64,000 nucleotides of DNA from NCBI GenBank assembly GCA_963744145.1, contig CAVUSO010000001.1, positions 1,664,001 to 1,728,000 on the forward strand, in the 5' to 3' direction. Each line of letters starts with the position of its first letter. The first letter of the stretch is position 1. This document shows positions 26,984 to 36,917 of the stretch, in pieces. The DNA is from an uncultured cyanobacterium. Lineage in GTDB: Bacteria; Cyanobacteriota; Cyanobacteriia; Cyanobacteriales; CAWUOF01. The notes beneath the pieces were generated by a model. That model saw only the letters and a program-made list of their open reading frames with translations, ran no database searches and was not told where the DNA came from. A program made the translations under genes and the position numbers.

Positions 26984-27149
26984 TTGCAGTAGGACAAAAT
27001 TAGTCCGAATTCGCAGTTGCGTAGTCCGGAGAAGAGATGTCCGGATAGGTATGCAGAGGCTAGATAGTCTAGTAATTGTTTACCAGTCTGGGCATCTTTG
27101 TTATTGAAACAGGCTTGGCTGAAAAATCTGTTGGTTGGGAGATTGGTAA

Positions 27150-28016
27150 ATGTCTATTACAACATCAGCGGCTCGCTTGGGCACATCACCCTTTAGCGAT
27201 GCTAGCCCATTAGAATTGCGGTCAAATTGGACAAGTGCAGATGCCGAAAATGTAGTTCGTGCGGTCTACCGTCATTTATTAGGCAACGACTATGTGATGG
27301 CATCCGAGCGTTTGGTCGGTGCTGAATCATTATTGAAAAATGGCAGCATCACTGTACGCGAATTCGTGCGTTCTGTCGCTAAATCGGAACTTTACAAATC
27401 AAAGTTTCTTTACAACAATTTTCAAACTCGAGTCATTGAGTTAAACTATAAGCATTTGTTGGGCCGTGCCCCCTACGATGAAACAGAGGTAATCTATCAC
27501 TTAGACCTCTATCAAAACGAAGGGTATGAAGCGGAAATCGATTCTTACATCGACTCACCCGAGTATGAATCAGCATTTGGGGAAAATGTCGTTCCCTATT
27601 ATCGTGGATTTGATTTTCAAGCAGGACAAAGATCCGTTGGGTTTACCCGGTTGTTCCGCTTATATCGCGGCTATGCTAACAGCGATCGCTCTCAAGTAGA
27701 AGGCAATAATACTCGTTTAGCCCGAGAATTAGGACAAAATGGGACTTCAGCCATAGTTGCTCCTTCTGGTGATAACGATGGTTGGGCTTATCGTTCTAGT
27801 GTTGATGCTAAACCCAGAACTGCGTTAGGTGGTGCTTTAGTATTTGGACAGAAAGGCCAAGTCTATCGGCTCCAAGTAACGGGCCTTCGTAATCCTGGAT
27901 ATCCCCAGTTGCGTCGGAGTAGCACTAGCTTTATCATTCCTTACGAACAGCTAACCACTAAAATTCAGCAAATCCTACGCCAAGGCGGTAAGATTGCCAG
28001 TGTGACCCTAGCCTAA
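27150..28016 (+). CDS. cpcC: Phycocyanin rod linker
   Basis: PBS linker domain ([18 protein letters not shown]) and C-terminal CpcD-like domain. Confidence 0.93.
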   Translation: MSITTSAARLGTSPFSDASPLELRSNWTSADAENVVRAVYRHLLGNDYVMASERLVGAESLLKNGSITVREFVRSVAKSELYKSKFLYNNFQTRVIELNYKHLLGRAPYDETEVIYHLDLYQNEGYEAEIDSYIDSPEYESAFGENVVPYYRGFDFQAGQRSVGFTRLFRLYRGYANSDRSQVEGNNTRLARELGQNGTSAIVAPSGDNDGWAYRSSVDAKPRTALGGALVFGQKGQVYRLQVTGLRNPGYPQLRRSSTSFIIPYEQLTTKIQQILRQGGKIASVTLA

Positions 28017-28151
28017 GGGCTAATTTGGTAAGTGGGAAAATCAGAATTTAGTAATCAGAATTTTCTGGCTCTGCCTAGAGAAATTAAATCTCTAGGCAAT
28101 GCTAAATTATGAATTCTTCTGTTAATTTTACCTAAAGGAGATCAGACAGAT

Positions 28152-28379
28152 ATGTTTGTTGAAAGCACAGTTGGCAGTTATATTAACCGCTTCTTTCGTT
28201 ATGAAGTAGTCGGGTTAAAGCAAAGCGAAGAAACTGAGAATTCTACTCATGCGATTCGTCAAAGTGGGAGTGTGTTCCTCACGGTGCCTTACAACCGCAT
28301 GAACGATGAAATGCGGAAAATTGCTCGCTTAGGTGGCAGAATCGTCAGTATTCACCCCATCAGTATCCCTCAAGAATAA
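28152..28379 (+). CDS. cpcD: Rod-terminating linker
   Basis: RFFRYEVVGL...TVPYNRMNDEMRKIARLGGRIVSI. Confidence 0.92.
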   Translation: MFVESTVGSYINRFFRYEVVGLKQSEETENSTHAIRQSGSVFLTVPYNRMNDEMRKIARLGGRIVSIHPISIPQE

Positions 28380-28415
28380 GATATTTTCGCCCTGGCTGCC
28401 TCAGCATCAAGATTT

Positions 28416-29261
28416 ATGTCGAAGGATTGGGAATCTTTGGAAGCAAAACCTGCACCATTAGATGGTGAATCGTTAACCGTAGAAAAAGCGATCGCCAATC
28501 TCAGTGATCCAGACTTAAGTCTGCGTTATTATGCTGCTTGGTGGCTCGGTAAGTTCCGGGTGCGTGAACCAGCAGCGATCGAGGGATTGATGGCTTTGTT
28601 AGCAGATCAAGAGCTACAAACAGAAGCTGGAGGCTATCCACTGCGACGCAATGCAGCCAGGGCTTTAGGAAAATTAGGAGATGTACGGGCAGTACCACTA
28701 TTAATTGAGTGTTTAAACTGCCCGGATTTTTACGTGCGGGAAGCAGCGGCGCAATCCTTAGGGATGTTGCAAGCAGCAAGTGCAATTCCGGGTTTAATTA
28801 AATTATTAGATGGTGGGGTTGCGGCTGCTGTCCAAGTGCCAGGAAAACCCCATTTGGTTCAACCCTACGATGCCATTTTAGAAGCATTGGGAAGTCTTGG
28901 TGCAACTGAAGCAATTGCCTTAATTCAGCCTTTTTTAGATCATGAAATTCCTAGAGTTCAGTATGCAGCGGCTCGAGCTTTATATCAGTTAACTGAAAAT
29001 CCCCTTTATGGCGATCGCTTAGTCGCAGCTTTACAAGGTCGGGATCTGCAATTGCGACGATCAGCTTTGCTGGATTTAGGTGCCATTGGCTATTTACCCG
29101 CAGTTGAGGCGATCGGTAAAACTTTAGCAGAAAATAGTATTAAATTGATCGCTCTAAAAGGAATCTTAGAACATCATTTGACTTTAAATATTGAGAGCGA
29201 ATCCGGCTCATTATCTGAATCGGCGATCCAGATCATGAATTTAATGGACTCTCTCCTATGA
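28416..29261 (+). CDS. cpcE: Phycocyanobilin lyase subunit
   Basis: HEAT repeats; RYYAAWWLG and GGYPLRRNAARALG. Confidence 0.93.
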   Translation: MSKDWESLEAKPAPLDGESLTVEKAIANLSDPDLSLRYYAAWWLGKFRVREPAAIEGLMALLADQELQTEAGGYPLRRNAARALGKLGDVRAVPLLIECLNCPDFYVREAAAQSLGMLQAASAIPGLIKLLDGGVAAAVQVPGKPHLVQPYDAILEALGSLGATEAIALIQPFLDHEIPRVQYAAARALYQLTENPLYGDRLVAALQGRDLQLRRSALLDLGAIGYLPAVEAIGKTLAENSIKLIALKGILEHHLTLNIESESGSLSESAIQIMNLMDSLL

Positions 29262-29917
29262 ATAATCCAAACAATATATTAAAACTAATCCAAGCTGTTG
29301 AAGATGCAGATTCAGCTCCTAGCTTATTAAAAGCGGTGCGGGAACTAGCTCAGGCTCAATCAGTCCCAGCGATCCCTGTATTAATTAAGGTTTTAGGTTA
29401 TAATAATCCAGGTGCCGCAGTAGCCGCAGTAGAAGGATTAGTTGCCCTAGGAGAAATTGCGGTAGAACCAATTTTAAATCAACTAGATAGTTATAATTAT
29501 GGCGCTCGTGCTTGGACGATTCGGGCTTTAGCAGAAATTGGTGACCATCGGGCTTTAGATTTATTAATTCTAGCCGCAGAAACAGACTTTGCACTGAGTG
29601 TCCGACGCTCTGCGGCTAAAGGGATTGGTAGTATTAAATGGGAGAAGATGGGACTGAGTGATCGTCCTGTAGCACAAAAAAGAGTTTTTCAAACCCTAGG
29701 CTTAAACTGTGAAGATCCGGAATGGGTAGTCCGTTATGCAGCGATCGTGGGATTAGAGAAATTAGCGATCGCCGTTAGTAGCGATCCTCCTGATTGGTAT
29801 CCTCAAATTTTGGCTCTATGGCAAAAACTATCAACCATAGATGCAGAATTAGTAATTAAAGCTCGTTGTCAACTAGCAATTCAACATTGGCAAAAAGAAC
29901 CAATCTCAATCATCTGA
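29258..29917 (+). CDS. cpcF: Phycocyanobilin lyase subunit
   Basis: LGYNNPGAAVAAV and YNYGARAW; overlaps cpcE stop. Confidence 0.93.
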   Translation: MNNPNNILKLIQAVEDADSAPSLLKAVRELAQAQSVPAIPVLIKVLGYNNPGAAVAAVEGLVALGEIAVEPILNQLDSYNYGARAWTIRALAEIGDHRALDLLILAAETDFALSVRRSAAKGIGSIKWEKMGLSDRPVAQKRVFQTLGLNCEDPEWVVRYAAIVGLEKLAIAVSSDPPDWYPQILALWQKLSTIDAELVIKARCQLAIQHWQKEPISII

Positions 29918-29936
29918 ATCAATTATTTTTTCAGCT

Positions 29937-30125
29937 ATGGAAAATACCGAAACATGGTATATCGTCAAACGTCCAACTGGATTTTGCGATATTCTGGCTA
30001 GTACAGAAGTTAACAACTCAGAAAATCCTAATATTGTCCAACAATGGGGTCCGTTTAGCGATCGTCAACAAGCGATCGCCCGTCAAGTTGGTTTAATTAG
30101 AGCTGGTAAATGTCAGCCTAAATAA
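29937..30125 (+). CDS. Conserved small cyanobacterial hypothetical protein
   Basis: WYIVK...C...WGPF...AIA..VGLIRAGKCQP pattern. Confidence 0.7.
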   Translation: MENTETWYIVKRPTGFCDILASTEVNNSENPNIVQQWGPFSDRQQAIARQVGLIRAGKCQPK

Positions 30126-30166
30126 ACAAAAGGAACCCATTCAATCATCAATAGGAGGTAAAAATT

Positions 30167-30742
30167 ATGTCTGTAGTAGCAACAGAGCGAAAGAAATTTA
30201 CTGTAGAGGAATATTACCAACTAGGTGAAGTCGGGATACTTCGTGATGATGATCGGGTAGAGCTAATTGATGGGGATATTATTTATATGGCACCAATAGG
30301 GACTCGCCACTCAGGGTGCGTTACTCGTTTAGTAACAATTTTTTCTGGACTTGTTTTCAGAAAGATTATTTCTTTACCAGTACAAAATCCAGTTCATATA
30401 GATGGCTATTCTCAGTTACAGCCAGATGTAGTGATAGCCAAACCAGCTAAAAATGGTTATGGCGATCGACATCCTCATCCTGAAGATATTCTTTTGCTGA
30501 TTGAAGTAGCAGATACCACAATTAAAAAAGACCATCAAAAGGCAATTGTCTATGGTAGAGCAGGGATTATTGAACTTTGGATCGTAAATTTAGAAGCCGA
30601 ATTAATTGAGGTTTATCGCCACCCCAGTTCTAATGGCTATGAAAGTATCCAACAATTTAGACCTGGTGAAACTATCACACCCCTGGCATTTTCAGACATA
30701 GTAATTAGGGTTGATGAGATTTTATGGGCTATTGAGGAGTGA
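30167..30742 (+). CDS. Uma2 family putative endonuclease
   Basis: FTVEEY, RVELIDG, QPDV and LLIEVAD; AGGAGG RBS. Confidence 0.88.
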   Translation: MSVVATERKKFTVEEYYQLGEVGILRDDDRVELIDGDIIYMAPIGTRHSGCVTRLVTIFSGLVFRKIISLPVQNPVHIDGYSQLQPDVVIAKPAKNGYGDRHPHPEDILLLIEVADTTIKKDHQKAIVYGRAGIIELWIVNLEAELIEVYRHPSSNGYESIQQFRPGETITPLAFSDIVIRVDEILWAIEE

Positions 30743-30953
30743 CTAAACCACTGACTTTCGGGCATTAAATTGGTTGCGATCGGTAAGTTTGGCGATCGCC
30801 GAACTACTGCCAATAACAGACCACCAAATAATTAATCTTGATATCATTTGCCCAAATCCCATAGATAGGGTAATGGATCGATATATTGGTGGTCTCGTAT
30901 TCAGTAGGGACGCAATATCTCTTGCGCTGGGCGCAAGAGCAATACATCCCTAC

Positions 30954-31352
30954 TTAGTTCCCTTTTGACAAAGCTGTTTCGACTTGATTAAATTCTTGCT
31001 CAAGTCGGTTTTTCAGCTTTTCTGACAACGGACGATTTGGATAGGAACTATAGTGTCCAGCTAAAGAATTCAATGCAGTTCGCATGGTGGTAAATGATGT
31101 CAGTGTTAGTAAGGAGCTGTCCCGTCGATACCAAGCAGCAAAATCATTAATTCTTTGACGTGCTTCTACTTGAGCTGCGGCTTGCTCTGGTGTATGGTCG
31201 GGTAAATTAATCGCAGTTCGCAAACTATTTACCAAAGCCAAGGTATCTTGACGATAATCACCACTAATGCTACTGTTTCCCGTCGAACAGCCTGATAAGC
31301 TTAGGGTTACCACCAAAAATAGTGCGAATAGCACTGTCAGAAAACGTTTCAT
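30954..31352 (-). CDS. psb27: Photosystem II assembly lipoprotein Psb27
   Basis: Lipobox LSGC; SFTTMRTALNSLAGHYSSY.NRP. Confidence 0.93.
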   Translation of the reverse strand: MKRFLTVLFALFLVVTLSLSGCSTGNSSISGDYRQDTLALVNSLRTAINLPDHTPEQAAAQVEARQRINDFAAWYRRDSSLLTLTSFTTMRTALNSLAGHYSSYPNRPLSEKLKNRLEQEFNQVETALSKGN

Positions 31353-31467
31353 CATAAATGACCACAAAAGGATAGCTTTTTAATCATCAAAAGTAAGGTT
31401 GATCCTACCTTGGATCGGTATCATGCGATCTGGGTGCTATTTAAAAAGCTATTAATCAGACTATGGT

Positions 31468-32274
31468 TTAACCAAAACGTCCACTGACATATTCCTGAGT
31501 TGATTTCTGAGCAGGACTTTGGAAGATAATTTGAGTTTCATCATATTCGACCAAGTAACCGATCCTACCACCTTTGTCCGTGGATTCCACATTAAAAAAT
31601 GCGGTCATATCGGATACCCGTGAAGCTTGCTGCATATTGTGAGTAACAATCACAATGGTATATTGCTCTTTGAGTTCATGGAGAACCTCTTCAATCCGAA
31701 GGGTAGAGATGGGATCTAAAGCTGAACAAGGTTCGTCCATCAAAATCACATCCGGTTGAACTGCTAAAGCACGAGCAATACATAATCGTTGCTGTTGTCC
31801 TCCTGATAAAGCTAGACCACTTTGTTTCAGTTTATCCTTAACCTCATCCCAAATTGCAGCTTGCTTGAGCGATCGCTCGACTAACTCATCCATATCCCCT
31901 TTAAACCCATTAATCCGGGAACCAAAAGCAATATTGTCATAAATTGATTTTGGAAAAGGATTAGGTTTTTGAAATACCATTCCAATCCGACGACGGACCT
32001 CTACCGGATCAATATCCTCAGCATAGAGATCTTGGTCATAGTACAAAATTTTTCCTTCTGCTCGAAAAATTCGGATCAGGTCATTGAGACGATTATAACA
32101 ACGCAGCAAGGTACTTTTACCACAGCCAGAAGGACCAATAAAAGCCGTAATGCGATTTTTGGGAATGTCTAAAGAAACATTCCGCAACGCGAGAAAATTG
32201 CCATAGTGAACATTGACGTTTTCTGCGCGTAAAACAGTTTCAGTTTGATTTAAAATCTGATTCTGGGAAAGCAT
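31468..32274 (-). CDS. pstB: Phosphate ABC transporter ATPase
   Basis: [30 protein letters not shown] and YVSGRFG. Confidence 0.96.
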   Translation of the reverse strand: MLSQNQILNQTETVLRAENVNVHYGNFLALRNVSLDIPKNRITAFIGPSGCGKSTLLRCYNRLNDLIRIFRAEGKILYYDQDLYAEDIDPVEVRRRIGMVFQKPNPFPKSIYDNIAFGSRINGFKGDMDELVERSLKQAAIWDEVKDKLKQSGLALSGGQQQRLCIARALAVQPDVILMDEPCSALDPISTLRIEEVLHELKEQYTIVIVTHNMQQASRVSDMTAFFNVESTDKGGRIGYLVEYDETQIIFQSPAQKSTQEYVSGRFG

Positions 32275-32368
32275 AAAATATCCGAATTACCTTTGCTATT
32301 AACATCAACAGCCGATTAAGTGCGGGATTTATGAATTTAGGAAAAGTTTGATCCCGGCTCAGTTTTTT

Positions 32369-33277
32369 TTAATAGATTTTGCGAGCAGTTGCTAATCGAG
32401 ATACCACACTGGTAACCAACACTAATAACACTAGAATTAGAGATGCTGCCCAACCTAGCGATATATAATTTTGAAACCTTGCAGCATCATAGACAAAAAC
32501 TGCCAAGGAAGCAGCGGGTTCAAATAAAGCGTCTAAGTTTTCTTCAGAAAAACGCAGATAATATTGACTGGAAAGAGCTGTAAATAATAAAGGAGCAGTT
32601 TCTCCAGCCGCACGAGCAATCGCTAAAGTAACACCAGTGACAATTGCTGGTAAAGCTGCAGGTAAAACTACTCGGAAAACCGTGTGGTAGTTAGTTGCAC
32701 CTAGTCCGACTGATGCTTGTCTCACTTCTTGGGGAACTAGCTTGAGGGATTCTTCTGTGGCTCTGACAATAATTGGTAACATCAAAATCGATAAAGCAAA
32801 ACCACCAGCGATCGCGGTAAAACCTCTGTTGATCGTTAGCACTACTGCTCCATAAGCAAAAACCCCGACAATAATTGAAGGAACTCCACTCAGTACATTA
32901 GTAGCAAACCGAATCCAATCAGCCAGTTTGGTTTCCACACCAAATTCCGATAAAAAGACTGCTGCCATGATCCCGACGGGAACACTAATAATAGCACCGA
33001 TCCCTACCATTACCAATGTCCCCTGGATCGCATTACCAAAACCATTACCACGGGGAGGAGTTAGATCAAAAAACACATCGATATTTAATTGGCTAGCACC
33101 TTGATAAACAACATAGAACAAAACTGCTAATAACGGTAGCAGTGCTAATCCAGCAGCTAACCAGCACAGACCTGTCATAATCATCCCAAACAGAGTCCGA
33201 AATGAAGCAGGATTATGTTTTAAATTGCTAGCAGTCAAAGGAGAAACTGATGGTGTTTGAGGTTGGGGAGATGTCAT
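32369..33277 (-). CDS. pstA: Phosphate ABC transporter permease
   Basis: GVPSIIVG and ARAAGETAPL. Confidence 0.94.
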   Translation of the reverse strand: MTSPQPQTPSVSPLTASNLKHNPASFRTLFGMIMTGLCWLAAGLALLPLLAVLFYVVYQGASQLNIDVFFDLTPPRGNGFGNAIQGTLVMVGIGAIISVPVGIMAAVFLSEFGVETKLADWIRFATNVLSGVPSIIVGVFAYGAVVLTINRGFTAIAGGFALSILMLPIIVRATEESLKLVPQEVRQASVGLGATNYHTVFRVVLPAALPAIVTGVTLAIARAAGETAPLLFTALSSQYYLRFSEENLDALFEPAASLAVFVYDAARFQNYISLGWAASLILVLLVLVTSVVSRLATARKIY

Positions 33278-33320
33278 ATCAATTTTTTGCTTAGATACCC
33301 TAAATTATTCAGGTTTATGA

Positions 33321-34286
33321 CTAGATTTTTTGCACTCGACGAATCAATAACTCAGCCAAGATATTAATAAAAAGGGTTAAGCCAAACAGAATTAAAGCCG
33401 CATACAAAAGTGCTGATACTTGCAAACCACTAGCTTCGGGAAATTGATTAGCTAATAGAGAAGCGATCGTATTAGAAGTAGACAAGATGGAAGCACTAAT
33501 GCGATTAGAATTACCAATCAACATTGTGACAGCCATAGTTTCTCCTAAAGCTCGACCTAATGCTAACATAATGGCACCCACTACTCCGGAAAATGCCGCT
33601 GGGACTAAAACTTTAATAATCGTTTCCCAACGAGTAGAGCCAAGTCCATAAGCTGCTTGACGTAATTCCGGAGGTACAGAAATTAAAGCGTCGCGGGAAA
33701 GAGCTGAAATTGTTGGTAATACCATGATCGCTAGCACGATCGCTGCGGGGAATAATCCTGGTCCACGGGGAATGCTACCAAAAATTGGCAACCAGCCTAA
33801 ATATTGATTAAGTAGGGTTCCTAAAACCGTAGTTAAGGGGATTAAAACTGCTATCCCCCACAAACCATAGACCACACTTGGAATCGCTGCCAAAAGTTCT
33901 ACTAAAAAGACTAATATCACCTGCACATTTGATGGTAAAAAGTCTTCGCTCAGAAATATCGCTACCCCAAGACCTACAGGTACTGCAATCAGCAACGCAA
34001 TCAAAGAACTCATAATTGTCCCATAGATTTGGGGAAGTGCCCCAAATCGGGGTTGGTCTAGATTGGGAGCCCAATCACTAGACCAAAGAAACTCGATCCC
34101 ATATTCCTGTATCGCTGGGATCGCCTGAAATGCAACTACCAACGTAATACAGATCAAAGTTCCAGCTACAGCTAGGGCTAAAATTTGTGTTAGCCAAACA
34201 AATCCCCGATCCATAAATCGATCTAGTGGTGGTCGGGGATTGATGTGTTTTTTATCGTTTCCATTGGGAGATGATGATAGACTCAT
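33321..34286 (-). CDS. pstC: Phosphate ABC transporter permease
   Basis: LAAIPSVVYGLWG and GRALGETMAV; ATG at 34286 preferred. Confidence 0.94.
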   Translation of the reverse strand: MSLSSSPNGNDKKHINPRPPLDRFMDRGFVWLTQILALAVAGTLICITLVVAFQAIPAIQEYGIEFLWSSDWAPNLDQPRFGALPQIYGTIMSSLIALLIAVPVGLGVAIFLSEDFLPSNVQVILVFLVELLAAIPSVVYGLWGIAVLIPLTTVLGTLLNQYLGWLPIFGSIPRGPGLFPAAIVLAIMVLPTISALSRDALISVPPELRQAAYGLGSTRWETIIKVLVPAAFSGVVGAIMLALGRALGETMAVTMLIGNSNRISASILSTSNTIASLLANQFPEASGLQVSALLYAALILFGLTLFINILAELLIRRVQKI

Positions 34287-34445
34287 CTGAATTTTTTCCT
34301 CAAAATATGCCCAAACCTCACCAGGATCTTGGTCGCAACGGAAAACTGGGGATTTTTTATCGTTTGCTGATCTTAAATTAAAGCAGTAATCTGTCCATTG
34401 CGATTCATGGTGCAAAAGTATCATACAAATAGACTAAACTACGGT

Positions 34446-34464
34446 ATGTTAAGGGTTGATTAAG
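34446..34464 (-). promoter_or_regulatory. Putative Pho box (SphR) upstream of pstC
   Basis: CTTAATCA-N3-CTTAACAT repeats on the minus strand, with TATGAT downstream. Confidence 0.5.
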
Positions 34465-34572
34465 GACGGAATCAGTTTTTAGTTGTGAAGAAATAAATTT
34501 AAAGACTTGGAAAAGTTAGTCATAAAACGATAAAATAACAAATCACTAAGTACAGTAATCAAAGGGTAGAAC

Positions 34573-35715
34573 GTGGTTGAAGTAGCTCAGTCTAGCTTGT
34601 TGACAAAATCTGATCTTGATTCCCTTGAGCCGATCGCCGAAAATATGGTAAATCAGCCAGAGTCATTGCGAGTATGGCTCAGTCAGCTAGTAGCAAGAAT
34701 TATCGCTGGTCAGTATTTACACCGATCCGAAGCGCTGATGCTGACAAAAATTGAAGGTCAAACCAATATTTTGCTACTAGGTGAAGCAGCAGATCAAGTG
34801 CGGAAAAATTGCTGTGGGGATATAGTTGATTTATGCAGTATTGGGAATGTTAAGTCTGGTAATTGCTCGGAAAATTGTGGATTTTGTTCCCAATCAGCAC
34901 ATCACCCTGGTACGGATGCACCAATATATAAGTTAAAATCCAAGACTGATATTCTTACTCAAGCAAAAGCAGCAGAAAGTGCTGGAGCAAGTAGATTTTG
35001 TCTGGTTTCCCAAGGACGTGGGCTGAAATATAATAGCCCTAATAATAATGAATTTGCAGAAATTTTAGCGGCAGTTAAACTGATAATTACAGAGACTAAT
35101 ATTAAACCCTGCTGTGCTTTAGGAGAGATTACTCCCGCACAAGCAGAAGAACTAAAAGCCGCAGGAGTCACCAGATATAATCATAATTTAGAAGCATCAG
35201 AAAACTTTTTTCCTCAGATTGTCACCACCCACACTTGGCGCGATCGGGTCGAGACCATCAAAAACCTCCAAGCTGTAGGTATCCAAGCTTGTACTGGGGG
35301 TATTTTAGGCATGGGAGAAACCTGGGAAGATCGAGTAGATTTAGCTTTAGCTCTACGGGAATTAGAAGTAGAATCCGTACCTTTAAACCTACTCAATCCA
35401 CGTCCTGGGACACCCTTGGGCGATCGCCCCAAATTTGATCCTTATGAAGCACTCAAAGCGATCGCGATTTTTAGATTAATTCTCCCCACCCAAATTATCC
35501 GTTATGCAGGTGGTCGAGAAGCCATCATGGGAGAACTGCAAGCTTTAGGATTACAATCTGGGATTAATGCTATGCTGATTGGCAATTATCTCACCACCTT
35601 GGGTCAATCGACCGCACAAGACCACCAGATGTTGAGTACCCTGGGACGCAAAGGTGGAGAAGCCCCCATTCCTGACCACCGAGGTAGCAGCAATAGGGGA
35701 ACTATTATCGCTTAA
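34573..35715 (+). CDS. bioB: Biotin synthase
   Basis: CSENCGFC radical-SAM motif, YNHNLE and GNYLTT. Confidence 0.95.
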   Translation: MVEVAQSSLLTKSDLDSLEPIAENMVNQPESLRVWLSQLVARIIAGQYLHRSEALMLTKIEGQTNILLLGEAADQVRKNCCGDIVDLCSIGNVKSGNCSENCGFCSQSAHHPGTDAPIYKLKSKTDILTQAKAAESAGASRFCLVSQGRGLKYNSPNNNEFAEILAAVKLIITETNIKPCCALGEITPAQAEELKAAGVTRYNHNLEASENFFPQIVTTHTWRDRVETIKNLQAVGIQACTGGILGMGETWEDRVDLALALRELEVESVPLNLLNPRPGTPLGDRPKFDPYEALKAIAIFRLILPTQIIRYAGGREAIMGELQALGLQSGINAMLIGNYLTTLGQSTAQDHQMLSTLGRKGGEAPIPDHRGSSNRGTIIA

Positions 35716-35729
35716 ATGGTCAAATATAA

Positions 35730-36329
35730 TTGGTAAAATCCAAAAATTCAAAATCTACCGTGGGTGTTCCAACTGAACTACTGTGGGCTTTTATTGGCTT
35801 ACTGATGACAATCGGTGGCAACTTTTTAGAAGCTTCAATGGCCAGTCCCACTTGGGCTGGAACTCAGCAAGGAATAGAGATTCATTCTCTAGGTGTCACC
35901 TATCAAATTGGAGCGGTTCTCCTAGTGGGTTGCTTAGGTGGAAAAAATGCTGGAGCCCTATCCCAAATTGCTTATTTAGTCTTGGGGTTAAGTCCGTGGT
36001 TTTCGGTTTTTGCTAAAGGTGGTGGTCTAGACTATCTGAAAGAACCTACATTTGGTTACTTAATTGGCTTTATTCCTGGTGCTTGGATCTGTGGTTGGTT
36101 AGCATTTAAAATGCCACCTCGCATCGAATTCTTAGCTTTTAGCGGTTTATGTGGTCTATTGAGTATCCATCTGATTGGTCTAAGTTATCTGCTTGTCAGT
36201 GAATTTTTTAGCCCAGATATCTGGTCAGATATTCTCAAATACTCATTCAATCCCTTATCCGGACAGTTAGCAGTTGTCTGTGCTGTTGCTGTCTTAGCCT
36301 TTATGCTACGACAGTTAATGTTTTATTAA
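35730..36329 (+). CDS. bioY: Biotin transporter BioY
   Basis: YLVLGL...FAKGGGLDYLKEPTFGYLIGF; next to bioB. Confidence 0.9.
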   Translation: MVKSKNSKSTVGVPTELLWAFIGLLMTIGGNFLEASMASPTWAGTQQGIEIHSLGVTYQIGAVLLVGCLGGKNAGALSQIAYLVLGLSPWFSVFAKGGGLDYLKEPTFGYLIGFIPGAWICGWLAFKMPPRIEFLAFSGLCGLLSIHLIGLSYLLVSEFFSPDIWSDILKYSFNPLSGQLAVVCAVAVLAFMLRQLMFY

Positions 36330-36339
36330 GCACTGACCA

Positions 36340-36846
36340 ATGATCAAACCGATGAATTTAAAAAATAGCTTCTTTTGGCTAGTAGCCATCATTAGTCTGA
36401 TTTTTGATCAGCTAACTAAATCCTGGGTAGTCCAAAATTTTCAGCTTGATGATACAATGCCTGTCTGGTCAGGAGTATTTCACTTTACTTTTGTCCGCAA
36501 TACCGGTGCTGCCTTTAGTCTGTTTACTCAGAGTACAGGTTGGTTACGTTGGCTATCTCTGATCGTCAGTATTGGCTTAATGGTCCTAGCTGCATTTGGA
36601 CCATATATGAATAAATGGGACCAACTTGGCTATGGTTTTATTTTAGGAGGAGCACTAGGTAATGGGATAGATCGGTTTTTCCGGGGCTATGTGATCGATT
36701 TTCTAGATTTACGATTGATCCACTTTCCAGTATTTAATATTGCAGATATTTCAATTAACCTCGGTCTGCTCTGTCTTGCGATCGCTTATTTCCATCAGGA
36801 TTTACCTCCTGGACGTCGTCGGGTCCGTGATTCCTTTCATCCTTAG
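36340..36846 (+). CDS. lspA: Lipoprotein signal peptidase
   Basis: DQLTK, NTGAAFS, GNGIDR, VIDF and FNIAD. Confidence 0.95.
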   Translation: MIKPMNLKNSFFWLVAIISLIFDQLTKSWVVQNFQLDDTMPVWSGVFHFTFVRNTGAAFSLFTQSTGWLRWLSLIVSIGLMVLAAFGPYMNKWDQLGYGFILGGALGNGIDRFFRGYVIDFLDLRLIHFPVFNIADISINLGLLCLAIAYFHQDLPPGRRRVRDSFHP

Positions 36847-36917
36847 TCAACTTGAACTTAAGATTAAAATGGTGGTTGAGCATCAGTTTCATCGGAGCAG
36901 TCTTATAGATAATCACA

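Noticed and set aside
30900..30950. GTAGGGGCGC-type palindromes (also about 43124, 53120, 53547) as a special system
   Set aside because: Common dispersed REP-like cyanobacterial repeats with no array structure.
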